Of a DNA stretch of 64,000 nucleotides, positions 27,920 to 38,460 are shown in pieces; position 1 is the stretch's first letter; every line of letters starts with the position of its first letter. The position numbers and the translations under genes were made by a program. This DNA comes from Methanomassiliicoccaceae archaeon (lineage in GTDB: Archaea; Thermoplasmatota; Thermoplasmata; Methanomassiliicoccales; Methanomassiliicoccaceae): positions 576,001 through 640,000 of the forward strand of contig JAXGZN010000001.1 in assembly GCA_040776945.1 (NCBI GenBank), given 5' to 3'. The notes beneath the pieces were generated by a model. The model ran no database searches. It had not been told where the DNA came from and saw only the letters and a program-made list of their open reading frames with translations.

Positions 27920-28660
27920 CTATCGCATCATCATCTCGAAGTGGAAGCTAACCTGGGCGTTGGACTGCACCGGCCGGCCGGAGCTTGGCTTCCCCTCGCC
28001 GCGGATGTCCTTTAGGCGGTACACTCGGACATCATCGCGCTCCAGCAGACGGACGATGCCCTCGACGTGCCCGTCTCCGACCACCGCCAGAACGGTGGGA
28101 TAGCGCGACGCGGCATGGTCGATGCGCTTGGCCATGATGGCGTTGCGCTCGTCGACCAGGACCCTCTTCAGGGTGGGGAACTGCTCGGCCATCTCCTCCA
28201 TGTACCGCTCCTCGTTGTCCTGCAAGTTGTCCAGCTCCCGCTCCACGGTCTTGCGGCCGATGAACAGAGACGTCACGGCGGAAAGCCCCAGCTTTACCTT
28301 CTCCCGGAGAGGCATCTCAGCCCCCAGGCGGTGGAACATCTGCCCGGCGTCGGTATCGATGAACAGGACCTCCGCCCCTATATCCTGCGCCGCCTTGGTG
28401 GCGGCCAGCATCTCCGCGCCGACCTCTCCGCCGTACTTGTTGGCGATCCGCCTCTGCATCTTGGCCAGCAGCTTGTAGGTGAGGCGGGCGTCCGAGCGTC
28501 CGCCAGGGCTCAGAAGGGCCTGGTAGCGGCCGGGGTCCAGCTCCACGCCCACGGCGTCGGGGCGCTCGTTCTCGATTATCCCCGCCACCTGCCTTGAGAT
28601 ATCGAAGACGTGCCCGACGCCCAGTATCACGATCACGCCGAATCCATGCCCGAAGGGCAT
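27920..28660 (-). CDS. TraB/GumN-family protein
   Basis: ILGVGHV, VGVELD..R, GAEM, LVDERN..MA, VVGDGH. Confidence 0.85.
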   Translation of the reverse strand: MPFGHGFGVIVILGVGHVFDISRQVAGIIENERPDAVGVELDPGRYQALLSPGGRSDARLTYKLLAKMQRRIANKYGGEVGAEMLAATKAAQDIGAEVLFIDTDAGQMFHRLGAEMPLREKVKLGLSAVTSLFIGRKTVERELDNLQDNEERYMEEMAEQFPTLKRVLVDERNAIMAKRIDHAASRYPTVLAVVGDGHVEGIVRLLERDDVRVYRLKDIRGEGKPSSGRPVQSNAQVSFHFEMMMR

Positions 28661-28688
28661 TAATAACCTTTTGATTGTAACCTAGGCC

Positions 28689-29348
28689 ATGGAACCCGCT
28701 TACGGGCTGGTGGCGTTCGACATGGACGGAGTGCTGGTCGACCACTCCAGTTCCTGGACCTGGGTGCATGAGCACTTCAAGGTCGACAACGAGGCGTCGC
28801 TCGTGGCGTACATCGAGGGGCGCATCGATGACCGGGAGTTCATGCGCAGGGACATCGAGAAGTGGCTCGCCATCCGCAACGATCTGTGCCTCCAGGACAT
28901 CGACGAGATCCTGAGGCCGGTACCGGTCATTCGGGGCATCGGGGAAACGGTGTCCGCGCTCCGCTCCAACGGCATCCGCTGCGTGATCGTCAGCGGGGGT
29001 CTGGACATGGCCGCCCGGCGCATCGCCGAGGCCAACGGGTTCGATGACCACATCGCGAACTCCCTGGCCTGCGACGAGCGCGGCCGCCTCACCGGCGAGG
29101 GGGTGCTGAGGGTCGAGCTTACCAACAAGCGCCTCGCCCTGGAGAGGTTCCAGCAGAAGTACGGCGTGCCCGCCGAGAGGACGGTGGCCATAGGCAACAG
29201 CTTCGTCGACGTGTCCATGTTCTCCGCCTCCGGGCTGTCCATCGCCTTCAATCCCATCGACGAGGCGGTGGAGAGGAGCGCGGACGTGGTGCTGCGCTCC
29301 AAGGACCTTCGCGATGTTCTCGGGCCGATCCTTGGTCACTCCCTGTAG
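28689..29348 (+). CDS. HAD-IB hydrolase (phosphoserine-phosphatase-like)
   Basis: FDMDGVL, VSGG, K, GNS..D. Confidence 0.85.
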   Translation: MEPAYGLVAFDMDGVLVDHSSSWTWVHEHFKVDNEASLVAYIEGRIDDREFMRRDIEKWLAIRNDLCLQDIDEILRPVPVIRGIGETVSALRSNGIRCVIVSGGLDMAARRIAEANGFDDHIANSLACDERGRLTGEGVLRVELTNKRLALERFQQKYGVPAERTVAIGNSFVDVSMFSASGLSIAFNPIDEAVERSADVVLRSKDLRDVLGPILGHSL

Positions 29349-29986
29349 CCGTGCTCTCCGATGAGAGGGACGAAGACCACGGAGCCCATCGACCTCTCGG
29401 CGAACCTGTCGCCCGATCTCGTTATCAGCACCAGGTCCTGGACCGCCCTCCCTCCGACCGGGATCATGAGCATCCCTCCGTCGGCCAGCTGCTCCTTGAG
29501 CGGTTGGGGGACGCCGGGCCCCGCGGCGGCCACGAAGATGCGCTCGTACGGCGCGTGCTCCGGCAGCCCGTTGGTGCCGTCGGAGATCACCACCTCGAGA
29601 ACGTCCCCGTACCCGAGGCGCTCCAGCGTCGCCCTGGCCCTCAGGCCGAGATCCTCGATCCTCTCCACGGTGAACACCTTCCCGCCGGGGCGGACGAGCT
29701 CGGCCACCAGCGCGGCGTGGTATCCCGAGCCGGTCCCGATCTCCAGCACCTTCATCCCCGGCCTGATGTCCAGGGCCTCGAGCATCATCCCCACCATGTG
29801 GGGCGCGGATATCGTCTGCCCCTGTCCGATCGGCAAGGGAGTGTCCTCGTACGCGAGGGGGCCCATCGTCCCGGGGAGGAACTCGTGGCGGGGCACGCGC
29901 CCCATTGCCTCCAGGACGGCGTCGCTGGTCACGTAGCCTCTGTTCCGAAGCCTTATCACCAGTTCCTTCCGCTCGCGCTCGTACAT
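29336..29986 (-). CDS. pcm: Protein-L-isoaspartate O-methyltransferase
   Basis: VPRHEF, GQTISAPHMV, VLEIGTGSGY, FVPL. Confidence 0.95.
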   Translation of the reverse strand: MYERERKELVIRLRNRGYVTSDAVLEAMGRVPRHEFLPGTMGPLAYEDTPLPIGQGQTISAPHMVGMMLEALDIRPGMKVLEIGTGSGYHAALVAELVRPGGKVFTVERIEDLGLRARATLERLGYGDVLEVVISDGTNGLPEHAPYERIFVAAAGPGVPQPLKEQLADGGMLMIPVGGRAVQDLVLITRSGDRFAERSMGSVVFVPLIGEHGYRE

Positions 29987-29993
29987 TCCCGCC

Positions 29994-30593
29994 TCAGTAG
30001 CTCGTGGTCCGCACCGCCTTGGTGTAGATCCTCACGATGTCCCGCGCCGGCACCCCCCCGCGGCGCACCGTGCCCTCCCTGGACCTGATGTTGTGGATGA
30101 CCACCTTCTCCTTGCCCACGGTCATCATGTCCCCGACGTAGAACTCCTCGTCGGGCATGGCCTCCAGCTGTGTCGGTATCGTCCTCGTGTGCTTGTTGAT
30201 CGAGATCTTCACGATCACCTTGTCGAACTTCTTGGCCCAGATGGTGCTGACCTCTCTGGTGTCGCATTTCTCCACGCGCCTCGCGCCGCACTCGATTCCG
30301 GTGACCAGGAGATGTGTCTCCCCGAGGTACAGCTCGTCGTTGAGGCTCAGCATCTCACCGGCCTCCAGCTCGATCTCCTCCTTCTTGGACCTGCCCTGCT
30401 CGGAGACGATTATGGGGACCTTCAGGACCTCGGGCTCGCGGACCACCGTGGAGTAGGTATGCCCGCACTCCTGGCACTTTACCGTCGCTTCCATGCTGTC
30501 CTGCTTCTTGCTTATCTTTCCCTTCAGGACCTCGTGGACGGCGTGCTCGCCGCAGGAGGGACAGTCCAGATAGAGCGCGTTAGGTACGGTCAT
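29994..30593 (-). CDS. HVO_0476-family zinc-finger protein
   Basis: CPSC..HEVLK, VKC.EC, VSE, TIWA. Confidence 0.8.
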   Translation of the reverse strand: MTVPNALYLDCPSCGEHAVHEVLKGKISKKQDSMEATVKCQECGHTYSTVVREPEVLKVPIIVSEQGRSKKEEIELEAGEMLSLNDELYLGETHLLVTGIECGARRVEKCDTREVSTIWAKKFDKVIVKISINKHTRTIPTQLEAMPDEEFYVGDMMTVGKEKVVIHNIRSREGTVRRGGVPARDIVRIYTKAVRTTSY

Positions 30594-30634
30594 CTTGATC
30601 CAACTCGAACCATGTACCGTACGGTAGAATATAA

Positions 30635-31225
30635 CTATCGCTGCCGGCCGTTGAGCTCGACCGGGAAGGGCGCTCCATGCCCCGGGACGATAAGGTCCGC
30701 GGAGCAGGCGATGCGCTTCATGCTCTTGATCGCCGCGGTCTCGTCGTAATTGATCCCCGGGGCGACCCACTTGTCAAAGTTGTCCTTGGTCGGGAAGGCG
30801 TCCCCGGCGATGACGTATCGTCCCGCGGGAGTGTCGACCACCACGCTCATGGAGCCCCTGGTGTGCCCCGGAGTATGGATCAGCTGCACCCCGGGGATGA
30901 GCTCCAGCTCGCTCCTGATACTGCGGTAGAACGGTCCCGGCCCCTCCTCCGCCCGGGCGTACCAGATGGCATTGGGGAACAGGTCATTGTTGCCTACGTG
31001 ATCGGAGTGGAGGTGAGTGCACACCAGCATGTCGATGTCCTGCGGTCCGAGGTTGCGGGACCTGAGGCCCGAGATCAGGTGGTCGCGCAGGTGTCGGGAC
31101 GAGGTGTCAACGAGGACGTTGTGCGAGCCGCCGACGATGAGCGAGGAGGTCGAATGCGCCTCCCGGAGCACCCCGTTCTCCCGGAGGAGGTAGCCCTCGC
31201 AGACCACCTCCACGGACATCACCAT
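30635..31225 (-). CDS. Metallo-beta-lactamase-fold hydrolase
   Basis: LVDT, THLHSDHVGN, TPGHT, AGD, PGHG. Confidence 0.88.
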   Translation of the reverse strand: MVMSVEVVCEGYLLRENGVLREAHSTSSLIVGGSHNVLVDTSSRHLRDHLISGLRSRNLGPQDIDMLVCTHLHSDHVGNNDLFPNAIWYARAEEGPGPFYRSIRSELELIPGVQLIHTPGHTRGSMSVVVDTPAGRYVIAGDAFPTKDNFDKWVAPGINYDETAAIKSMKRIACSADLIVPGHGAPFPVELNGRQR

Positions 31226-32109
31226 ATCTCGACCTCCTTCCCGCATTGGCACACGAAGCGGTCCTTTCTGTACTTCATCTTTCCCCCGCACTGCGGGCAG
31301 GTCGCGTGCTCGGCGAAGTACTCGAGCCATACCTTGCGAACGTCGGAGTGCCCCTCGTCCCTTATGCGGTCCAGGGCGCTCCTCAGCTGCGGGGTCGTCG
31401 CCAGCGCCTCCAGCTTGGAGTAGTCGCGGGGAGCTTCCTCCCTGATCCTGGCCTCCTCCGCCCGGCGGCCGAGCAGCAGGCCGGCGGCCATTCCTGCCAT
31501 GAACCCGCCCAGGTGAGCCTGCCACGACACGCTGGGAGAGGTCATGAAGACCAGCAGCACGTCGAGGATGAACCAGCTGAACGCCGCCAGCCACACCGGT
31601 ACCCGGGGCAGGAACAGCGGCCCGAGGAACATGGGGATCTCGTCCCTGGGGTATAGAACGAGGAGCGTTCCCACCGCCCCGGAGATCGCGCCCGACGCTC
31701 CCAGCATCAGGATGCTCAGGTCGCCGTTGATCAGGATGAAGTAAAGCGCCGCCAGGAGCGAGCCGAGGATGCCCGCGGAGAAGTACACCGCCGCGAACCT
31801 CCGCTTCCCTATGCGGGACTCGAGGGGCGAGCCCAGGAAGAACAGGAACAGCATGTTGCCGATGACGTGCGCGAAGTTGTAGTGCACGAACATGCTGGTG
31901 AACAGCGTGTACAACGCGGTCCCGTTCTGCAGGTCGACCGGCTGGAACGCCAGGTCCCGGAACACCGCCCACTGGTCCGTGAACAGCATCACGAAGAAGA
32001 TGGCCAGGTTGCCCAGCACCAGAAGGGGGGTAAGTTCGAACCGCTTCAGGAAGGCCAAGCCTAGAGTGGCGGCTATGATGACGATGACCAGCAGGGACGC
32101 GGGCTCCAC
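31219..32109 (-). CDS. Rhomboid intramembrane serine protease with C-terminal zinc ribbon
   Basis: TSMFVH, H..GNM, GASGA, AHLGG; C-terminal CPQC...CQCG. Confidence 0.9.
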   Translation of the reverse strand: MEPASLLVIVIIAATLGLAFLKRFELTPLLVLGNLAIFFVMLFTDQWAVFRDLAFQPVDLQNGTALYTLFTSMFVHYNFAHVIGNMLFLFFLGSPLESRIGKRRFAAVYFSAGILGSLLAALYFILINGDLSILMLGASGAISGAVGTLLVLYPRDEIPMFLGPLFLPRVPVWLAAFSWFILDVLLVFMTSPSVSWQAHLGGFMAGMAAGLLLGRRAEEARIREEAPRDYSKLEALATTPQLRSALDRIRDEGHSDVRKVWLEYFAEHATCPQCGGKMKYRKDRFVCQCGKEVEIW

Positions 32110-32222
32110 GGGGACGGCGTATAGCTGTCGCGGATAAGACCGTTTCGATGCTAAGTTCCGGCCCGCGCCTCGTTCGCTCATATTTATGTCGAGGCAGCCC
32201 GTCCCGGTGAGCGGAGAGCGAA

Positions 32223-32807
32223 GTGAAGTACCGAATGGACATCGACATCCGGGAGTGCGGGGAGGTTTACCCTCCCTCAGAAGATACCTTCCTGCTGCTG
32301 GACGTCCTGGACACCGTCCCGGGGGAGCGCGTCCTGGAGATGGGATGCGGGACCGGACTGATCTCCTGCCACCTGGCGGCGGGCGGGGCAGATCTCACCG
32401 CCGCGGACGTCAACCCGAAGGCGGCGGAGTGCACCCGGGCGAACCTGCGCAGGAACGGCCTGCCGGGCCAGGTGGTGGAGAGCGACCTGTTCGCCAACGT
32501 GCCAGGATGCTTCGACCTCATCGTGTTCAACCCGCCCTACCTCTCGGTGGAGGAGGAGGGCCTGCTGGAGAAGGCTTGGGCCGGCGGAAAGGAGGGCGTG
32601 GACGTGCTCATCCCCTTCCTCGCCGGAGCGAGAGGGCACCTCAGCCCGGACGGCAGGATCGTCCTCCTGCTCTCCTCGGAGATGGCCAGGGGGGCCCTTG
32701 ATGGCGCGCTGGAAGGGTTCTCCAGGCGCCGCCTCGGTTCCCGGAGGTACTTCTTCGAGGATCTCTGGGTGGAGGAGCTTGTGCCCTGCCGTCCGTGGTC
32801 GCGCTGA
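32223..32807 (+). CDS. HemK2/PrmC-like methyltransferase
   Basis: VYPPSEDTFLL, LEMGCGTG, SDLF, FNPPY, AWAGG. Confidence 0.9.
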   Translation: MKYRMDIDIRECGEVYPPSEDTFLLLDVLDTVPGERVLEMGCGTGLISCHLAAGGADLTAADVNPKAAECTRANLRRNGLPGQVVESDLFANVPGCFDLIVFNPPYLSVEEEGLLEKAWAGGKEGVDVLIPFLAGARGHLSPDGRIVLLLSSEMARGALDGALEGFSRRRLGSRRYFFEDLWVEELVPCRPWSR

Positions 32808-32809
32808 CC

Positions 32810-33256
32810 TCACGCCCCCATGATCGCCCATGCGCCTCCGATGATCCCCATGATCGAGCCGATGACGAACCCGCCCCCCGCGAGGACCAGGGCGATGACG
32901 GACACGATGATCAGTCCCGCGCCGAACGCCACGTGCCTCGCCGGGTTCTGCCTAAGGCCGAGCGCCAGCCACAACATCACCAGCCCGAGGATTATGACCG
33001 CCATGCCGAAGATCAGGACTCCCAGGCCGAGGTCCCCGCCGGTCACCATGACCAGCGGCCCGGCCACGGCGATGATTATCCCCTCGATCAGCACCAGCAC
33101 CCCCCCGATCACGGCCAGTATGAACGGCCAGGAAGAGTGGGCGGCGCCGGCCGGGTACGCCGGTGTCGTTGCCACGTCTCTTGTCACAGCATCACGCCTT
33201 CCTGTCCCCTGAGCTCGGTCAGGCGGACGTTTAAGGAACGTCAGCGAGCCGTTCAA
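32810..33256 (-). CDS. Small membrane protein
   Basis: Four hydrophobic segments ending GGFVIGSIMGIIGGA. Start uncertain, probably near 33187. Confidence 0.65.
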   Translation of the reverse strand: MNGSLTFLKRPPDRAQGTGRRDAVTRDVATTPAYPAGAAHSSWPFILAVIGGVLVLIEGIIIAVAGPLVMVTGGDLGLGVLIFGMAVIILGLVMLWLALGLRQNPARHVAFGAGLIIVSVIALVLAGGGFVIGSIMGIIGGAWAIMGA

Positions 33257-33323
33257 GAACGTTTGGGACCACCGCGGCGGCCCGCGGCAGGAGGCTTGAG
33301 AAAAGGGCGGGGGCGGCCAGCCC

Positions 33324-35189
33324 TCAGGTGGAGAGCAGCCTCTCTATCTCCTTCCTGAGCAGCTCGCTCGCGGCCTTCCCGTCCAGCTTTCCCTTCAGCT
33401 CGGACATGACCACGCCCATGAGCGGGCCGACGGCGCCCTTGCCCTTCTCGCGGACGAAGGTTTCCCTCTCATTCACCACCCTGGCCACGATCGCCGTGGC
33501 CTCGTCCGAGGAGACCATGGATATCCCCAGCTCTTTTACTGCCTGGTCCACGCTCTTCCCCCTGGCCCTGAGAGCGAGGATGTCGGGCACCGCCTCCTTG
33601 GCGAACCTTCCGGCCGAAAGGGCGGAGAAGACCTCGCGCAGCGCCTCCTCGTCCAGCTTGCTCATGTCCACCCCCTGGCGCTCCAGCTCCGGGAGGGTCG
33701 ACAGCAGCGTCCTCGCTGCGGCGCCGGCCAGCTCCTTGCTCTTCGCCACCTCCTCGAACAGGTCGTCCCAGCCGTCATGGACAAGCTGCCTGGCCTGCTG
33801 ACCATGGATGCCGTACTCCGACGCGATGCGCGCTATGCGAACGTCGGTCAGCTCCGGCAGGTTCTCCCGGATGCGCTGCATGCGCTCCGCGCCGACGGTG
33901 ATCGGCGGCACGTCCGTCTCGGGGTACATCCTTGCCGCGCCGGGGAGCGGACGCGAGTACGCGGAAGCGCCGTCGGGCAGCGGGTCCCTCGTCTCCTCGG
34001 GCACGCCACCCAGCGCGTCGTACGCTCTCCCGATGGCGGCGCGCAGGGCGGCCTCGGCCCTCCGGGGCTCGTCGGCGCACAGCACGAAGGCGTCCTGCGG
34101 GCCTAGTTCCATGAGCTCGCGGAGCTTGTCCACGTAGCCCTGGTCGATGCCGTAGGCCGGCAGCTCGTCAGAGTGGAAGATCCCCGCCACGCCCTTGGCC
34201 CTGGCGTACTGCGCCATCTCCGCGCCCAGGCGCAGCTTGGCGTCCGGAGAGCGGAGCAGTCCGGCGAAGCCTGGGAGGGCCGCTCCGAGCGCCTTGCCCC
34301 CCTTCTTCAGCGCGCCGGCGATGACCTTGGATGGGCAGGGGGCGAAGAACTCCGAGAGGTCCCTGATCTCCGCGTCCTTCCTCGTCACGTCCCTCTCCCT
34401 CAGGATGTCGCGGATGCGCAGCAGCGAGCGCTGTCGCTCCACTTCCTTCTCCACGTACAGCGGTAGCAGCCGAAGTTCCTGAACGCCCTTGATCTCGACC
34501 CTGGCGCCGCCGGGGATGGATATGTTGACGTCCTCGCGGATCGTCCCGATGCCCCTCTTGACCCTCCGGGTGGCGCGCATCATCGATCCGAGGCGCTGCG
34601 CCGCTTCCTTCACCTCCTCGGGGGTGTGCAGCTCCGGTCCGGTCGCGACCTCGATGAGCGGGATGCCCAGCCTGTCGAGGCGGTAGGTGACCTCCCCGGC
34701 CTTGGCGTCGACCTTCCTGGCGGCGTCCTCCTCCAGGCAGAAGGTGGGGACGGAGATCATCCGGCCGTTGACCTCCAGCTTGCCGTCCATGGCGATCATG
34801 GCGGTGCGCTGGAATCCGGTCGTGTTCGAGCCGTCGACCACCAGCTTGCGCATGAAGTGGACCTCGTCCACCGGGCGGGCGTCGAGCATGGCGGCGAAGG
34901 TGAGCACGATGTCCATAGCGTCCGCGTTCGCGGCGTGCGGCGGCTCCTCGTCCGCGTCCACGAGGCAGGACGAGTCCGGGGGGGCCTGGTATCTAAAGCG
35001 CAGCTTCTTCTCGGCCTGCACCAGGGCGGCACGGTCGATCTCGCCAAGCTCGGACTGCGTCGGCCGCAGGCGGCGCAGGAAGTTGCTTCCTTCCTCGTCC
35101 ACCAGCACCGTTCGGCAGTCGCAGAACAGCTTCCTGGTGTCCAGCTGCTGGTGGATCTCCAGGCCGCAGGTCAGCTCGTGCTCGCTCAC
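33324..35189 (-). CDS. gatE: Glu-tRNA(Gln) amidotransferase subunit E
   Basis: GLEIHQQL, MRKLVVDGSNTTGFQRT, LEEDAA, LDRLGIPL, RMYPETD. Confidence 0.97.
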   Translation of the reverse strand: MSEHELTCGLEIHQQLDTRKLFCDCRTVLVDEEGSNFLRRLRPTQSELGEIDRAALVQAEKKLRFRYQAPPDSSCLVDADEEPPHAANADAMDIVLTFAAMLDARPVDEVHFMRKLVVDGSNTTGFQRTAMIAMDGKLEVNGRMISVPTFCLEEDAARKVDAKAGEVTYRLDRLGIPLIEVATGPELHTPEEVKEAAQRLGSMMRATRRVKRGIGTIREDVNISIPGGARVEIKGVQELRLLPLYVEKEVERQRSLLRIRDILRERDVTRKDAEIRDLSEFFAPCPSKVIAGALKKGGKALGAALPGFAGLLRSPDAKLRLGAEMAQYARAKGVAGIFHSDELPAYGIDQGYVDKLRELMELGPQDAFVLCADEPRRAEAALRAAIGRAYDALGGVPEETRDPLPDGASAYSRPLPGAARMYPETDVPPITVGAERMQRIRENLPELTDVRIARIASEYGIHGQQARQLVHDGWDDLFEEVAKSKELAGAAARTLLSTLPELERQGVDMSKLDEEALREVFSALSAGRFAKEAVPDILALRARGKSVDQAVKELGISMVSSDEATAIVARVVNERETFVREKGKGAVGPLMGVVMSELKGKLDGKAASELLRKEIERLLST

Positions 35190-36481
35190 GCGATGTCCCT
35201 CCTCTCGCTCAGCTCGCCGCGGAGGTTCGTGATCATCATCTTCCGTACCTCGTTCTTGTCATCGGTCTGCCCCAGCACCCACATCAGCTTGATGTACGCG
35301 GTCTCGGGCAGCATGTCCCCGCCCGGGATCACGCCCGCGGTCACGAGGTCGCGGCCGTTGTCGTACACGTTCAAGTTCACCGTCCCGTTAAGGCACTGCG
35401 AGGTCATCACTACCGTTGTGCCGTCGTTGACGGCCTTCGCGATGGCCTTCACCATGTCTGAGGAAACGTGCCCCAGGCCGGTGCCGGCGAAGACCACTCC
35501 CCGGCTGTCGTTGAGGACGCGTTCGAAGGTCGAGAGGCTCATGCCTGGGTAGAAGTGCAGCAGAGCGACGTTGCGCTCCATCTCGGTGCGCGCCACGACC
35601 TTGCCTTCCGAACGCTGGCGGTAAGGGCCGAGGAACTCGATGCCGCCCTCGAAATCGACGCGGGCGATCGGAGAGGCGTTGACGCTCTGGAACGCATCAC
35701 GGCGGGAGGTGTGCATCTTTCTAACTTTCGTTCCGCGATGCACCGCGGCGGTGGTGTCCGAGGAGGTCTCGTGCATGAGGACCACGACCTCAGCGGCGTC
35801 GGTGTCCACTATGAACCTCGCGGCCGACAGCAGGTTGGTGTAAGCGTCCGAGGACGGTCGGTCCGAGGAGCGCTGCGCGCCGACCAGGACGACTGGCCTC
35901 GTCAGGTTGTCGAGCATGAACGATAGCGCGGCGGAGGTGTAGCCCATGGTGTCCGTGCCGTGCGGTATGATGCACCCCTCGGCGCCGCCGTTGATGCGGT
36001 CCGCGGCGGCCTCGGCGATGCGCCGCCAGTGTTCCACGTTCATGTTCTCCGAGAAGATGGAGAACAACACCTCGGCTCGCACGTCGCAGACGTCGGCGAT
36101 CTCCGGCACCGTTGCGACCAGGTCCCCGGCCGACAGCGCCGGGTGCACCGCTCCGGTGCGGTAGTCGACGTATGAGGCTATCGTCCCGCCGGTTCCGAGC
36201 ACGGCGACCTTTTTCTTCCCCTTGCCGTTGGCGGCAGCCTTGGGGTGCTTCTCACGCGCCTCGGTCTTGTTGACGACCGTGAGCTCGGACGTATGAGTTA
36301 CCATAACGCCGACGTTGTAACCGCTCTTCAGCTTGAGGACGACGACGTCGGGATGGCTGAACTCGTGATGGGGCATGAGGACCCCGGTGCTGTCGCGGCC
36401 CTCGCTCCGCACCAGGAGCGTGTCGCCCTCGGCCGCGCCGGCCCGGTCCAGGATATCGCGCACGCGCGAAGAGTAGCTCAT
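35186..36481 (-). CDS. gatD: Glu-tRNA(Gln) amidotransferase subunit D
   Basis: KLKSGYNVG, TGGTIASYVDY.TG, HGTDT, GAQRSSDRPSSD, RKMHTSRRDAF. Confidence 0.97.
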   Translation of the reverse strand: MSYSSRVRDILDRAGAAEGDTLLVRSEGRDSTGVLMPHHEFSHPDVVVLKLKSGYNVGVMVTHTSELTVVNKTEAREKHPKAAANGKGKKKVAVLGTGGTIASYVDYRTGAVHPALSAGDLVATVPEIADVCDVRAEVLFSIFSENMNVEHWRRIAEAAADRINGGAEGCIIPHGTDTMGYTSAALSFMLDNLTRPVVLVGAQRSSDRPSSDAYTNLLSAARFIVDTDAAEVVVLMHETSSDTTAAVHRGTKVRKMHTSRRDAFQSVNASPIARVDFEGGIEFLGPYRQRSEGKVVARTEMERNVALLHFYPGMSLSTFERVLNDSRGVVFAGTGLGHVSSDMVKAIAKAVNDGTTVVMTSQCLNGTVNLNVYDNGRDLVTAGVIPGGDMLPETAYIKLMWVLGQTDDKNEVRKMMITNLRGELSERRDIA

Positions 36482-36674
36482 TGGAATGACACCGAGGCCA
36501 GGATGCTCCTTTTCACTAATAATAGGTGGCGGTAGAGCGGGGCTCGCCGCCCCCTCGCGCACCGTCTCCGTTCCCGGGGCCCGTGGCCTCACCGCCGCCG
36601 CGGGCGTTCCATCGAAGTAGATTTATCGAGACGTCAATATATCCGTGTAACGATGTCCGCATCCAGGTGGTCGG

Positions 36675-37277
36675 TTGGCGATCAGTTTTCAGTACACACA
36701 CGAGTTCAGGGGCGAGCAGGCGGACGAGGTCTACGACAAGGTCATGGGATGGTTGACCAAGGAGGAGGCAAGGAAGGTCGTCGGGGTCCGGCCGACGAGC
36801 ATCGAAGCGGTCCACGGCTCGCATAAGACCATGAAGGGCTGGAACCGCAACGCCAAGAAGAAGCTGGGCTTCCTGTTCTCGCCGTCGCCGAACGGGACGG
36901 CGGTCTCCGTCACCGCCTCCCCGACCATGGCCAACAGCTCGGACGTCGCCCAGATGGCCGAGGACGCCCGCCTGAACTGGGGCCTGCTGGCCGAGGTCTC
37001 CTGCCAGATCATGACCTATTCGTCCGTCGCTCACGCCAAGGCCGATTTCGCCACCATCTTCGAGAACTTTACCTCGTACCCCATGACCGAGGTGGGCGGA
37101 CACTTCGAGCAGTGCCAACTGCTGACGCTGTCCAGCTCCCCGGTGGTGGTCAAGGAGTACCTGTTCCAGCAGAAGAACGTCTGCGGAGTCATCGTCTTCT
37201 CCACCGTCTGGGGCTACGACCTGGACCAGGCATGGATCGACGAGATGTTGGACCTGCAGGAGAGCAGGATCGTCTGA
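36675..37277 (+). CDS. Hypothetical protein, apparently a chimera of two local families
   Basis: AGGTGG RBS before TTG. N-half aligns by eye with the 44760-45190 fragment; C-half aligns with 56938-57459. Confidence 0.6.
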   Translation: MAISFQYTHEFRGEQADEVYDKVMGWLTKEEARKVVGVRPTSIEAVHGSHKTMKGWNRNAKKKLGFLFSPSPNGTAVSVTASPTMANSSDVAQMAEDARLNWGLLAEVSCQIMTYSSVAHAKADFATIFENFTSYPMTEVGGHFEQCQLLTLSSSPVVVKEYLFQQKNVCGVIVFSTVWGYDLDQAWIDEMLDLQESRIV

Positions 37278-37399
37278 GCGCTCGGCTCCAGGAACGAAAC
37301 CATTTCCAGTTCATTTTTTCGATAGCCAATAGCTGAAACGGGCGTTGGTGGTCTGATTTAGCAAGGGGAAGTACCTGACAGATGATTCGACTCGCGCCC

Positions 37400-38460
37400 T
37401 CATGCCGGCTTGGCGCTGACCAATGTCAGTACGTTTTTTCAAAGATCGTTGATCAAGGCCATCGGCACAACGGCGACGAACGCGCCTGAGGCGAGTGGAG
37501 TGCGCCTGTGCAGACAGAGCTCGCTTACGTCCTCCGCTGCATCTCAAGAACCGAAGCTGCCGAGCCTGACCGCCATTGTCCTCCCTATTCTTACTTGATC
37601 TGCTAGACGGGTCGTCGCCAAACTCTATCCCTCGCTTTGTGACGATGAGATCCACTTGAGGCGCATGCTCTTGCTGCTTGAGATCGTTCTCGAATGTTCT
37701 ATTGTTGCCCGCGGCGCTCAGAATGTGCCCATCAGCGTGTTCCTCGACGCGTGAGGAGTGCCTCGATGACCAACCTGTCACGATCATCGAGCTCGACCCG
37801 GCACCTGAAAAAATTAGCGGTCGAGCCAGTGAGTTCGGACTTAACTTGCGAACGATCATGAGATACATCCATCTTCTCATCCAACCTCTCGATCATGTCT
37901 TGGACGATGTCCGGGATGTCTTAGATATCGCCTTTACCCTCAACGAACGCAGCCGGGCCACGAACTTTTTGGCGAACGGTCAATGAGGTTTTGCCAGAGC
38001 TATCGTTCCCATGCGAGAGCTAGTTAAGCGTGTATCTTTTCCTCAGCCCCGTAGACTCGGCCACCAACCAGGAGCGATGCCTAGTCAGTTCACGAAGAGC
38101 GTGTATTTCCTTCGGCGGCAAGTACGATGCCGGTACAGTGTTGATCCAAAGCAGCTCGGCCAGCATCTCTGCATCGTTTTTATCGCTCTTCGCTCGTTCC
38201 GCGGTCAGCGCCTTAAGCTTGAGAGGATTAGCGAGAACGACGACGAGGCCACGAGCTTCGATCGCTTCGCAGACGTTCGATAAGCGGGGTCGCTTCCATG
38301 ACCACCTTTGCTTCGACCGCTCCGAGGCGGTCGAGGAAAGCATCGATAGCTCGGACGTCTGATAGAAATCGCTCGTTGACGATATCTCGTCCACTCTCGT
38401 CCTTCACGCATGCCCGAGTGTTCTTTTTATGTTTTCGAGTTCGAGTGCTTGTGACTTACC
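37400..38460 (-). pseudogene. IS110-family transposase remnant
   Basis: Frameshifted segments ACVKDESG..VVMEAT, LANPLKLK, KSDKNDAEMLAELL, LRELTRHR. Ends are approximate. Confidence 0.8.

Noticed and set aside
30635-32248. 537-aa ORF suggesting a rhomboid-MBL fusion or a long N-terminal extension
   Set aside because: The upstream part is an off-frame shadow of the rhomboid gene. The MBL gene starts near 31225 with its own GGAGG RBS.
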